This document shows positions 44,594 through 53,890 of a DNA stretch of 64,000 bases, piece by piece. Under the pieces are notes generated by a model. The model saw only the letters and a program-made list of their open reading frames with translations. It was not told where the DNA came from and did no database searches. Origin of the DNA: an uncultured Pseudomonadales bacterium (GTDB lineage: Bacteria > Patescibacteriota > Microgenomatia > UBA1400 > PJMF01); contig CAYMSV010000003.1 in NCBI GenBank assembly GCA_964393205.1, forward strand, positions 34,608 to 98,607, written 5' to 3'. The translations under genes were made by a program, and so were the position numbers. Positions within the stretch are counted from its first letter, which is position 1. The number at the start of each line of letters is the position of its first letter.

Positions 44594-45240
44594 TGAAGAA
44601 AAATTTTTCAACAGTCACTGATGAAAACAAGAAACCTTGGTGGGTATATATTGCTGAATGTAGTGACGGCACTTACTATACTGGCATCAGCAACGATATT
44701 AATAAAAGATTAGATAAACACAATACAGGTTGTGGAGCTCAATATACAAAAAATCGCAATCCTGTTAGTCTTGTATATTTTGAAAAACATTTAAATCGAT
44801 CCTTAGCAACAAAAAGAGAATATCAGATTAAACAATTAACTCGTCAAGAAAAAGAGAAATTAGTTGATGGTTTCTTATCAAATGCGGCCGGCTTAAAGGA
44901 AAATTTTTTATCAATTAATAAAATGCCAGCCGATAGCTTTGGTTTGAAAATTATCATCAAAAATCAAGAAAATCAGGAGCTAGCTCGTGCTTTTTTATAT
45001 ATTATGCAAAATGACTTGCATGAGCGACCATTTGCTTTATTGGAAGATGTTTTTGTAGAGTCAGAAAATCGCGGACAGGGCTTGGGTACGCAATTAATTA
45101 AAAAAGCTATTAGTGAAGCCAAGAATTTGAATTGTTATAAATTAATAGCCACCAGTCGTTATCAGCGAGCTAGAGTTCATAAGCTTTATCTTGACTTGGG
45201 TTTTAAAGATTGGGGTCAAGAATTTCGTTTAGACTTTTAA
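44593..45240 (+). CDS. GIY-YIG nuclease fused to GNAT acetyltransferase
   Basis: WVYIAECSDGTYYTGIS...RLDKHN...KREYQIK; LEDVFV..ENRGQGLG..LY. Confidence 0.85.
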   Translation: MKKNFSTVTDENKKPWWVYIAECSDGTYYTGISNDINKRLDKHNTGCGAQYTKNRNPVSLVYFEKHLNRSLATKREYQIKQLTRQEKEKLVDGFLSNAAGLKENFLSINKMPADSFGLKIIIKNQENQELARAFLYIMQNDLHERPFALLEDVFVESENRGQGLGTQLIKKAISEAKNLNCYKLIATSRYQRARVHKLYLDLGFKDWGQEFRLDF

Positions 45241-45305
45241 ACTATTCTAATTTTTATTTTTAACTTACAATTGTAAGTTGTAGTAATAGTCTTGTTTAAA
45301 TCTAA

Positions 45306-46958
45306 ATGCCAAGTATTTCCTTTAATAAAAATTCTAACTTTTTAAAACGACTTGCCTCTTATCTAAATTGGAATAATGTTGCTTTAATTTTAATTTTATT
45401 CTTGGCAGTTTTTTTAAGATTTTACCGTTTAGATAAGCAAATTTGGTGGATGAGTGGTGATGATGCTAGAGATATGTTGGTTGTGAGGCATATTGTTGAA
45501 TATGGTGAGACAATCAATCGTGGACCGTTGGCCTTGGGTGGATTTGGTTGGCTCAAAAATTCACCAGTTTACTATTATTTTGTAGCTTTTCTTTGGTTTC
45601 TAACAAACAGTGCTCAGGGAGTAATGTATTTATGGGCTGGTTTATTTACCCTGCCTGTTTTCTTAGCTTATGTGATAGTTAAAAAAATTCATAAAAAAAC
45701 CAGCGCTTTATTGGCAGCTTTGGTTTTTGCAATTAATCCATATATGATTAATGCTGCAAAAAATTTAACCCAAGTTCATTTGTCAGTAATTTTTTCTATT
45801 TTATTTATTTATTTTTTAATTAATTACTTGTCAAGTAAAAAGAAAAGATTGCTTAATCTTTTAGGAATGATTGGTGTTCTATTTTCAGCCTTTCATTTTC
45901 ACTACAACATTATCTTGGTTTTTCCTAGTTTATTTTTTTTGATTTTAATTTTTTATTGGCAACTCAACACTGGACAGAAAAAATTGTTGAGTAAAAACTT
46001 CATTTTACCAATATTATTGGCTTCGATTTTGTTTATATCTTGGATTTTTCTTACTTATACAGTAAAGCTTTTTGATCAGTTTACTTTTTTTGAAATTAAT
46101 AATTCTCTCAATGATAAAATTCTTTCTACAACAATTCTTCATTTTTTTGATTCAAACAAGTTAGTGTTCAAACTAATATGGGGCGAGTCTTTAGCAACAA
46201 TTATGATTCTGCCGACTTTGATCTTGTTGCTATTTTTAATTTTGAAAAAGGCCTATTTAAAAAATCTGCTGTTAAAAAAAAGTATAAAATATTTTTCACT
46301 CATCTTAAGCTCTTTGTTTTTGATATTTTTTTATCAGGGGTCAGTTGAAGATACTTACTTTTTATTTTTATTGCCAATTATTTTGATAATGCTGACACTA
46401 GCATTGGTTTTATTATTGGAGCAAATGAAGTATTTGGCTTGGCCAATTATTGTTCTTATTATTTTTTTAATGTTTGATTCTGGAATTAAATATAATTTTA
46501 ATAATTTTTATCCTTTGCCCGTCTACGAAAAAAAGAGATTTTTAGCTAAATTAATCGCTAGTGATTATTTTAAATTATATCCATCTAGTAAAATTACTGA
46601 GCAACCTAGGTTTTTATTGAGTTGGGACAGTCAGGTTTTTTATTTTATGAATGATTCCTGGGGTAATTCTGGAGTTTGGTTTCATTTGGAGGATGTTTTT
46701 GCTCAGCAGCTAGTAAAATTAGTTAATTATGGACCAAATTATCAATCAAAAATTGAGAATCCCCAAGTTATATATAGTATTTGTCACCATGATAATAATT
46801 ATGCGAAGGTTTCCAACTGTTTAAAAAATTTTATGGAAAAATATCCTGTTCATGAAACAGATATTTATAAATTGTATGAAGATGAGGAAGTAGCTCTGCT
46901 GCGTGCAAAAATAAGTATAAGTTTGAATAACGCTTTGCTTAATACTCCCAATTATTAG
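45306..46958 (+). CDS. ArnT/PMT-family (GT-C) membrane glycosyltransferase
   Basis: FLRFYRL..GDDARD..GP..SPVYYY; many TM helices. Confidence 0.8.
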   Translation: MPSISFNKNSNFLKRLASYLNWNNVALILILFLAVFLRFYRLDKQIWWMSGDDARDMLVVRHIVEYGETINRGPLALGGFGWLKNSPVYYYFVAFLWFLTNSAQGVMYLWAGLFTLPVFLAYVIVKKIHKKTSALLAALVFAINPYMINAAKNLTQVHLSVIFSILFIYFLINYLSSKKKRLLNLLGMIGVLFSAFHFHYNIILVFPSLFFLILIFYWQLNTGQKKLLSKNFILPILLASILFISWIFLTYTVKLFDQFTFFEINNSLNDKILSTTILHFFDSNKLVFKLIWGESLATIMILPTLILLLFLILKKAYLKNLLLKKSIKYFSLILSSLFLIFFYQGSVEDTYFLFLLPIILIMLTLALVLLLEQMKYLAWPIIVLIIFLMFDSGIKYNFNNFYPLPVYEKKRFLAKLIASDYFKLYPSSKITEQPRFLLSWDSQVFYFMNDSWGNSGVWFHLEDVFAQQLVKLVNYGPNYQSKIENPQVIYSICHHDNNYAKVSNCLKNFMEKYPVHETDIYKLYEDEEVALLRAKISISLNNALLNTPNY

Positions 46959-46976
46959 TTATAATTTAGAGAATTT

Positions 46977-48602
46977 TTAAAGCAAGTCTGCATATACATA
47001 ATTAAGGGGTTGAGTTTGTTGTTCTTCATCAAGCTGAAACTTCCAAAGTGTAAATTCAGCTGAACTATAAATTACTTTTGGTTCCTCTGTTAAATATGAT
47101 CTTACTGACCGGAATCTTTCTAAACATTCTGTCTCAATTAATTCTGGATTTGATCTGTGGTCACATGCGAAGTAAATAAGAGAAATATTATTAGAATCCG
47201 TGTTAATGTCTGGAAAAAAATTAACTCCATGATCAGTGAGACTTACCAGTTTTCTATCTAAAAAAATTTCTAAATGATACCATAAACCACTGGTCCCCCA
47301 TAAATCATAAGGCATATTTTTTATTGTTGTTAATAAAGCTAGAGAAAATTGCTTAGAATTTTCTGATTGATTAAGTTTTAAGTCGTCAAAAATTGTTTTA
47401 GCCATCAAATATTTCTGATTATGATATGAGATTTTTGGAGTATTATCTGTTTTATAAAATTTTATTGAGGAATAAAAAATTAAGCATATTGTTGTAGTAA
47501 TTAACAGGCCAGGAAAGAAGTTTATTTCTATGAGAATGCGTAAAGCTATCGCTATAGAAATTATGAAAAATGGTAAAACAGCAGCAATATAGGTGTGAGT
47601 AATAAAACCTCTAGATAAAAAAATAAATGATAATGAAAATGACATTGAAAGAGGAATTGCAACAAGTATAAAATTTATCTTATTACGATAATTTACAATC
47701 AGCCAATAAATTACAATACCAATAAAGAAAAGTGTTAGAACGCTTGATTGAATTAGGCTTGAATTAAACCACCATAAACTTTCACTTAGAACTATTGAAA
47801 TTTCTCTAGAAAGATTGCTAAGAGGCTGAATTTTTTCTGAGAAATTAAAGCTTAAAAAATATATTTGATCTAGAGGAAAATTTCTATAAGTTAAAAAAAC
47901 CCAAGAACCGATAATTAAAAAAATTAAAATTATGGGAACATAAATGTTAGCCCATTTTGATTCGTTGTCTATTAGTAAGAACCAAGAATAGATAATCCAA
48001 AAAATTCCTATTGGCAGAATAAGAAATATTCCATAATGAAAATGCAAGCCAAAAAGTAAAAAAAATATTGATAAACAAAATGATAAAAGTTTTTTGTTTT
48101 TATAAAAATTGCTTAAAGATAATAAAAACAATACAGAGAGAAGTGGTAGTAAAAATGGTTGTAATAGCTCTTGACTCTGGTTGATTAGTGTTGGATGAAG
48201 GGCGAATAAAGCAGCAATAATTAATCCAAGTTTTTTGTCCCAGATTGTTTTTCCCAACAAATAAGCAAGTGGGATTATAGAGCTTAAAAGAAAAGACCAT
48301 ACAATCATGAAATTTATTGGGTTTTTTGTAAAAAACCAAATGATAGAAAGAAAATAGTAGTAAATTGGGGAGTTTTGTAACCAATTGAAGCCACCAGCGG
48401 CTAGAGGACCTTTGAAAATTGTTTCAGCATGTGCGACTATGTGCTTAGCTACCAACATGTCTCTGCTCTCATCAAAACCTCTTTGTGCCCAAATCCATCT
48501 ATCAAGGTCATGTAGTCGTAAATATATGCCTAAAACTACAATCAATAAAAACATTAAATTATAATTGTTTTTTTTGAAAAAGTTGAAAACTTTAGTAACC
48601 AC
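46977..48602 (-). CDS. ArnT/PMT-family (GT-C) membrane glycosyltransferase, paralogue of the convergent neighbour
   Basis: DESRDMLV..GPLAAGGF.WL.NSPIYYY shared with 45306-46958. Confidence 0.8.
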   Translation of the reverse strand: MVTKVFNFFKKNNYNLMFLLIVVLGIYLRLHDLDRWIWAQRGFDESRDMLVAKHIVAHAETIFKGPLAAGGFNWLQNSPIYYYFLSIIWFFTKNPINFMIVWSFLLSSIIPLAYLLGKTIWDKKLGLIIAALFALHPTLINQSQELLQPFLLPLLSVLFLLSLSNFYKNKKLLSFCLSIFFLLFGLHFHYGIFLILPIGIFWIIYSWFLLIDNESKWANIYVPIILIFLIIGSWVFLTYRNFPLDQIYFLSFNFSEKIQPLSNLSREISIVLSESLWWFNSSLIQSSVLTLFFIGIVIYWLIVNYRNKINFILVAIPLSMSFSLSFIFLSRGFITHTYIAAVLPFFIISIAIALRILIEINFFPGLLITTTICLIFYSSIKFYKTDNTPKISYHNQKYLMAKTIFDDLKLNQSENSKQFSLALLTTIKNMPYDLWGTSGLWYHLEIFLDRKLVSLTDHGVNFFPDINTDSNNISLIYFACDHRSNPELIETECLERFRSVRSYLTEEPKVIYSSAEFTLWKFQLDEEQQTQPLNYVYADLL

Positions 48603-48686
48603 CTGCTAATTTAAACACATCTGATGCTTGAGTTTCAAGTGTTAGAGTTTCTTATTAAATTGACTTGTATAAAGAATAGGCAAAAA

Positions 48687-49649
48687 CTAATTTTTTTGGG
48701 CCTTAATTTTAGCTTTTATACCCTCATATAAAGCCTCAGTCATTCTATCTAAATCAAATTTTTCCTGCCATCCCCAATCTCTGCGTGCAACATCATCATC
48801 AATAGTTTTTGGCCAACTATCAGCAATGGCTTGAGTGTGGTTGGGTTGATATTCAACTGCAAAATCTGGCTGAATTTTTTTAATAGCAGCCACCAGTTCT
48901 GCCGGAGTAAAACTAATGGCAGTAAAATTATAACTGGTACGAACTGTTAAGTTTTTAGCCGGAGCTTCCATTAATTGAATGGTGCCATTGATGGCATCAT
49001 CCATATACATCATTGGTAGGCGAGTGTCTGGTTTGAGTGGACAAACATAGTGACCATCTCTAATAGCTGCATAAAAAATATGAATGGCATATTCAGTGGT
49101 ACCATCACCCGGATCAGCTTTATAGCCGTTTAAACCAGGATAACGGAGACTACGAAAATCAACTCCATATTTAAGATGATAATATTGGCCCAGTAGCTCT
49201 CCAGCCACCTTATTAACGCCATACATAGTAGTTGGTTCAAGCACAGTGTGTTGGGGGGTGTTTTGAGTGGGTGTGGTCGGTCCGAAGGCTGCGATAGAGG
49301 ACGGCCAAAAGACTTTTATCTTATATTTTACTGCCAGATCCAAAACATTTTTTAAGCCACCCATATTGATGTCCCAAGCCAGTTGAGGGTTCTTCTCTCC
49401 ACCGACTGATAAAATGCCTGCTAAATGGTAGATTTCAGTAATATGGTATTGTTTAATCAATTCCTCTAAACGACTGAAATCTGTAACATCACCTTTTTCT
49501 AAGATGCCAATAAAATTGTCGGACATGGTCTTTCTGGCAAGCGCAACAACTTTGTTTTGACCATATTTTTTTTGCAAAGCTGGAACTAGTTCCGAGCCCA
49601 CTAAACCAAAGGCTCCAGTTACCAAAATATTATTTTTTGTCATATACAC
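48687..49649 (-). CDS. NAD-dependent epimerase / L-threonine 3-dehydrogenase-like
   Basis: TGAFGLVG, PSSIAAFG, YGVNK, GGT-like DGTTEYA and IADSWP motifs. Confidence 0.85.
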   Translation of the reverse strand: MYMTKNNILVTGAFGLVGSELVPALQKKYGQNKVVALARKTMSDNFIGILEKGDVTDFSRLEELIKQYHITEIYHLAGILSVGGEKNPQLAWDINMGGLKNVLDLAVKYKIKVFWPSSIAAFGPTTPTQNTPQHTVLEPTTMYGVNKVAGELLGQYYHLKYGVDFRSLRYPGLNGYKADPGDGTTEYAIHIFYAAIRDGHYVCPLKPDTRLPMMYMDDAINGTIQLMEAPAKNLTVRTSYNFTAISFTPAELVAAIKKIQPDFAVEYQPNHTQAIADSWPKTIDDDVARRDWGWQEKFDLDRMTEALYEGIKAKIKAQKN

Positions 49650-49717
49650 TTAAAGATAGGGGAGAAAGTAGTTTTGGTCAAGAATTAAAGTTAAAATAAT
49701 TTAAAAATTTTTAAAAT

Positions 49718-50236
49718 TTGTCACGCTATTCATTAATTTTTTTAGCTGTGTTACAATTTTGCTCTATGTCTCAAAAGGGATTTTCAAAGTTTTTGTCAAT
49801 TTTAATGGGTTTGTTGATGGGTTTAGTTGCTTTGTTTTTTATAATTGCTTTTTTATTTCCTAATTTAAATCTACCCAGTCTCAGAGATCTGTTGGAAACT
49901 GAAAACAGACAACAAATTCGTTTGGAAGAGAGCGAAGAAAAGATTAGAAATGATTTAGAAGTTGTTGAAGTAGTGAGTGAAGAATTGCAGCTAATTAGTT
50001 TAACTTCACCTGAAGATGATACTAACGCTTGGGATTTGCTCTTGGCGAGCCATGAGGTGCTTTATCAAGAGTATGATTTTGGTGTTTTTATTGAAGAAAT
50101 AAATGGTTTAAGGGGGGATCAAGATAATTTTTGGGCAATTTATGTGAATGATGAGAGTTCTTTGGTTGGCATACAAGATATTATGCTGAATGAAGGCGAT
50201 ATAATTGAATTAAGATATGAAGCAATTAAAAAATAA
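49718..50236 (+). CDS. DUF4430 (transcobalamin-like) membrane-anchored protein
   Basis: FGVFIEEING...FWAIYVN...VG....L..GD.IE..Y. Confidence 0.8.
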   Translation: MSRYSLIFLAVLQFCSMSQKGFSKFLSILMGLLMGLVALFFIIAFLFPNLNLPSLRDLLETENRQQIRLEESEEKIRNDLEVVEVVSEELQLISLTSPEDDTNAWDLLLASHEVLYQEYDFGVFIEEINGLRGDQDNFWAIYVNDESSLVGIQDIMLNEGDIIELRYEAIKK

Positions 50237-50696
50237 CTTAGTAAGTGCATTGGGTGTTTTAGCTATAAGAATAGTTAAAATTTTACCAGCTAATTTTACT
50301 CCTTTGGGTAGTTTTGGATTTTTTTCTAGTCAGCCAATTTTTTATTTTATTTCAATTATCCTTTTTGATTATTTTTATGGTGGTTTGTATAGCGGTCAAA
50401 TTTGGGTGTATTTAGCTTTTACTATTTATCCAATTCTGGGATATTTGAGCCGTGGACAAATTAAAAAACAATTGTTTTTTATTCCTCTAGCTTCTTTTTT
50501 ATTTTTTTTAATATCTAATTTTGGGGTGTGGTTGAATTGGTATCCTAAAAATTTAGAGGCGCTGTTTCAGTGTTATTTATTAGCTCTGCCTTTTTATGGA
50601 CGAACTCTGATGGGAGATTTAGTTTTTGCTTATGGGTATCTCTTATTCAAGCAACTCAAACAAGAAAAATCAGTATTAGTTGAATATTCTAGTTAA
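50217..50696 (+). CDS. DUF6580-family putative transporter component
   Basis: NFTP, FFLISNFGVW and CY..ALPF..TL.GD motifs. Confidence 0.75.
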   Translation: MKQLKNNLVSALGVLAIRIVKILPANFTPLGSFGFFSSQPIFYFISIILFDYFYGGLYSGQIWVYLAFTIYPILGYLSRGQIKKQLFFIPLASFLFFLISNFGVWLNWYPKNLEALFQCYLLALPFYGRTLMGDLVFAYGYLLFKQLKQEKSVLVEYSS

Positions 50697-50698
50697 AC

Positions 50699-51046
50699 TT
50701 ATTTCTTTTTGTCTAGTTTTTCTAAACGTAGACCCTTAACCCCAAAATAAACGACAAAAGCCACAATTGTAAAGTTTATTAAAGTAGCAACAAAATTTCC
50801 CCAAGCTACTTGGGCCGAACCAATTTGCCAAACAGCATTAGAGAAGTCAACAGTACCCAAAACAAGACCTAAAAGAGGATTAATCAAATCATTAACTATT
50901 GAATCAACTACTGTTCGAATTGAGCCTCCTAAAATAAAACCAACTGCTAGACCCACCACTCCTTGTTCACGAATAAATTCTAAAAAACCAAGCGCTGGCT
51001 GTTTAATGTTTTTTTTAATAGTTGCTTTTTCGTCTTTTTTGTTCAT
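50699..51046 (-). CDS. mscL: Large-conductance mechanosensitive channel
   Basis: GVVGLAVGFILG...SIVNDLINP...GNFV...INF. Confidence 0.88.
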   Translation of the reverse strand: MNKKDEKATIKKNIKQPALGFLEFIREQGVVGLAVGFILGGSIRTVVDSIVNDLINPLLGLVLGTVDFSNAVWQIGSAQVAWGNFVATLINFTIVAFVVYFGVKGLRLEKLDKKK

Positions 51047-51063
51047 ATTAATTAATTATAACA

Positions 51064-52077
51064 TTGATATATAATCGAAAGTTAATGCTTACAGAAAAAA
51101 ATAAAAAAAATTCTTCTATCAAAAAAATTGCCATTTTATATTCTGATGCTCAACGCAAATATTTTCCAACTGAAGAGCTGTATATTACTGAAGCTGAGGT
51201 AAAGGGTCGAGCTAAATTAATTGCTGAAATTTTACGGGATAAAGAGTATCAGGTAGAGATTTTTCCAGGAGATGCTAGATTAAATGAAACTCTAGTCGAT
51301 TTTAAACCCGACAAAGTAATTAATTTAGTAGATTCTGTCTACGGCAAAGAATATTTGGCGGCTAGCATACCGGCAACGCTTGAATTGTTAAAAATTCCTT
51401 ATACCGGCAGTGGTATGTTAGCTAGTTCGATTAATGCCAATAAATATTTAACCAAATCATTGCTCGAGCAGTATGGAATAACCACTCCTAAATATCAATT
51501 AATAAAGCATGCAGGCGATGAGATTGATGAAGAATTGGATTTTCCGATTTTTGTTAAGCTTAATGAGAACCATGGTTCTCTGGAGGTGTCTGAGACTTCG
51601 GTTTGTTTTGATGACAAAATGGCTAAAGTGCAAATTGATTTTTTATATAAAAATTACAAGCAAGCAATTTTACTTGAAGAGTTTATTGCCGGTCGTGAAA
51701 TTACGGTGGTAGTGGTTGAAGGCGGAAATACTAAAATTTATGCAGCCGAAAAAATCTTTCATCGCGCTGATAACAATCCTTTCAAAAAGATTGTTACTTT
51801 TGATGATAATTGGTTGAGTACCGAAAAAACCATTACTTACGAAAAATATGACTTGCCCGAAGCAGTTAAAGAAGATATAAAAATTGCTTTTAGCATTCTT
51901 AAAATTGAGGATTATGCTAAATTTGATTTTCGTTTAGATGAGGCAGGCCGCCATTATTTAATTGATGTAAACGTCAACCCTGCCCTTGGTCCGAGTGGAA
52001 CTTGTGCAATCGCTAGTATTTTGCAGCTTCACGGCTTAAGTTTTTATACTTTATTGGATAGGTTAATTAATAACTAG
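51064..52077 (+). CDS. D-Ala-D-Ala ligase-like ATP-grasp protein
   Basis: IPYTGS, EEFIAGREITV, KFDFRL and DVNVNP motifs. Confidence 0.8.
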   Translation: MIYNRKLMLTEKNKKNSSIKKIAILYSDAQRKYFPTEELYITEAEVKGRAKLIAEILRDKEYQVEIFPGDARLNETLVDFKPDKVINLVDSVYGKEYLAASIPATLELLKIPYTGSGMLASSINANKYLTKSLLEQYGITTPKYQLIKHAGDEIDEELDFPIFVKLNENHGSLEVSETSVCFDDKMAKVQIDFLYKNYKQAILLEEFIAGREITVVVVEGGNTKIYAAEKIFHRADNNPFKKIVTFDDNWLSTEKTITYEKYDLPEAVKEDIKIAFSILKIEDYAKFDFRLDEAGRHYLIDVNVNPALGPSGTCAIASILQLHGLSFYTLLDRLINN

Positions 52078-52080
52078 CTT

Positions 52081-52815
52081 GTGTCAAAAATAACTTCTTA
52101 TCATATTAAAAAAGTGGATGATTATTGTTTACGAGATAATCGTTGGTTGGAATTGGATTGGCGACTAAAGAGTTTAGAAGAACTCGAACGGGAACTAGAT
52201 AAAGCAATAGCGTTTGCTAAAAAAAAAGCTTTAGCAAAAATTGAAATTATATTGCCGGCTGAAGCTAAAAAATTTAGTAGATTTTTGCTTAATAAAAATT
52301 TTAAACCAGCCTTAACAGAGCTGAAGTTTAATTTAGAAGACCTAAGCACCTTATCTTTGGTGATGACTGATTTTACTTTTGTCACAGAGATTAATAATAA
52401 AAAACCAGTCAAAGAATTATTGCTTGAACAAGCCAATTTTCATTATCAAAGTTTGCCTGATTATTATCGTTCTCCTCAAGAAATTAATTGGTTTTTTTAC
52501 TTAAAACAAGTTTACAGGGACGCGCAAAAAGATAATGGTTTAATTTTTTTGGCAAAAGAGCGAGAACAAGCAATAGCTTTAGTATTAGGGGAATATTTAG
52601 CAAAAACTGCTTTTATTTGGGAAATAATTGTTAGTCAAGAAAAGCGTGATTTTCATCTAGGAACTTTACTGCTCAATCAATATTTACAAAAATTAAAGAC
52701 TTTGGGAGTAACTAGAGTTTATCTAGAAACTATTAGCCAGTCTTATGCTAAAAACTGGTATGAACATCAGGGTTTTACAGCTATTAGCCAATCTTGGTTT
52801 TGTCGGTTAAAATAA
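52081..52815 (+). CDS. GNAT acetyltransferase
   Basis: IIVSQEKRDFHLGT...WYEHQGF. Confidence 0.7.
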   Translation: MSKITSYHIKKVDDYCLRDNRWLELDWRLKSLEELERELDKAIAFAKKKALAKIEIILPAEAKKFSRFLLNKNFKPALTELKFNLEDLSTLSLVMTDFTFVTEINNKKPVKELLLEQANFHYQSLPDYYRSPQEINWFFYLKQVYRDAQKDNGLIFLAKEREQAIALVLGEYLAKTAFIWEIIVSQEKRDFHLGTLLLNQYLQKLKTLGVTRVYLETISQSYAKNWYEHQGFTAISQSWFCRLK

Positions 52816-53855
52816 GCTATCTGCAAAAAAAATTATATTTATTTTTATTAGTTTTTTTATCCTTTTTTACTTTGCTGTATTTGTTAATCTTTATTAGTTT
52901 AAAAGTTTTTTTTCATTCATCGCAAAAGCAGTTTAAAAAATCTACTAATTCTTCTTTGATTGCCGAACCAGAACCGATTCCAAGCTCTGCGCCTTTAAGT
53001 TTTTCTATGATTGTTGGTGGAGATTTAATGTTTGATCGTCATATTCGCACTAAAGCTGAAACGAGGGGCAGTTATGATTTTATTTTTGATGAAGATCTAA
53101 GCAATTTTTTAAATAGTGCCGACTATGCCTTGGCTAATTTAGAGGGGCCTATTACTCAAGAAAAATCAGTTAGTCAATATAGTTTGCCGGGTGGTCCTGG
53201 CAATTATACTTTCACTTTTTCACCAGAAATTATTCCAGTTTTACAACAAAATAATTTGCGTATTCTAAATTTGGGCAATAATCATATTTTAAATTTTGGT
53301 CGCAATGGTTTAAATAGTACTCAAGAGTATTTGGAACAAGCTAATCTAGTTTATTTTGGCGATGTGGGTGTTGGTGAAGATTGGCAGCGCTATTCTTTTT
53401 TAGAATATTTTGGACAGAAGATTGCCTTAATTAGTTACAACCAATTTGTTACTGAAGCAAAAAATAAAACTTTGCGTGATTTAATTGAGGTTCAAAATCA
53501 GGGAGCTGATCTAGTTTTACTTTTTGTTCATTGGGGAAACGAATATGTTCCAACAGCTAATCAGTCAATTGTTAATTTAGCTTATGAATTTATTGAAGCT
53601 GGAGCTGATTTAATTATTGGCGGCCATCCCCACGTGGTGCAAAACAAAGAGCTTTATCAAGGCAAGACCATTTATTATTCTTTAGGCAATTTTGTTTTTG
53701 ATCAATATTTTTCCATTGAAACTCAAGAAGGCTTGTTGTTAAAAATTGATTTTACTTTTGATCCAGATACGAATAACTGGACTTATCAAATTTTTGAACA
53801 AGCAATTCAGATGTCTAAAGATGGGGTAACCAGTCTTAATTCTATTGCAAATTGA
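52794..53855 (+). CDS. CapA family metallophosphatase
   Basis: GDLM, NLEG, GNNH, HWGNEY, GGHPHV and YSLGNF motifs. Confidence 0.92.
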   Translation: MVLSVKISYLQKKLYLFLLVFLSFFTLLYLLIFISLKVFFHSSQKQFKKSTNSSLIAEPEPIPSSAPLSFSMIVGGDLMFDRHIRTKAETRGSYDFIFDEDLSNFLNSADYALANLEGPITQEKSVSQYSLPGGPGNYTFTFSPEIIPVLQQNNLRILNLGNNHILNFGRNGLNSTQEYLEQANLVYFGDVGVGEDWQRYSFLEYFGQKIALISYNQFVTEAKNKTLRDLIEVQNQGADLVLLFVHWGNEYVPTANQSIVNLAYEFIEAGADLIIGGHPHVVQNKELYQGKTIYYSLGNFVFDQYFSIETQEGLLLKIDFTFDPDTNNWTYQIFEQAIQMSKDGVTSLNSIAN

Positions 53856-53890
53856 CTTTTCTCAATAAAAAGTATATTTTACAGCTAAAG

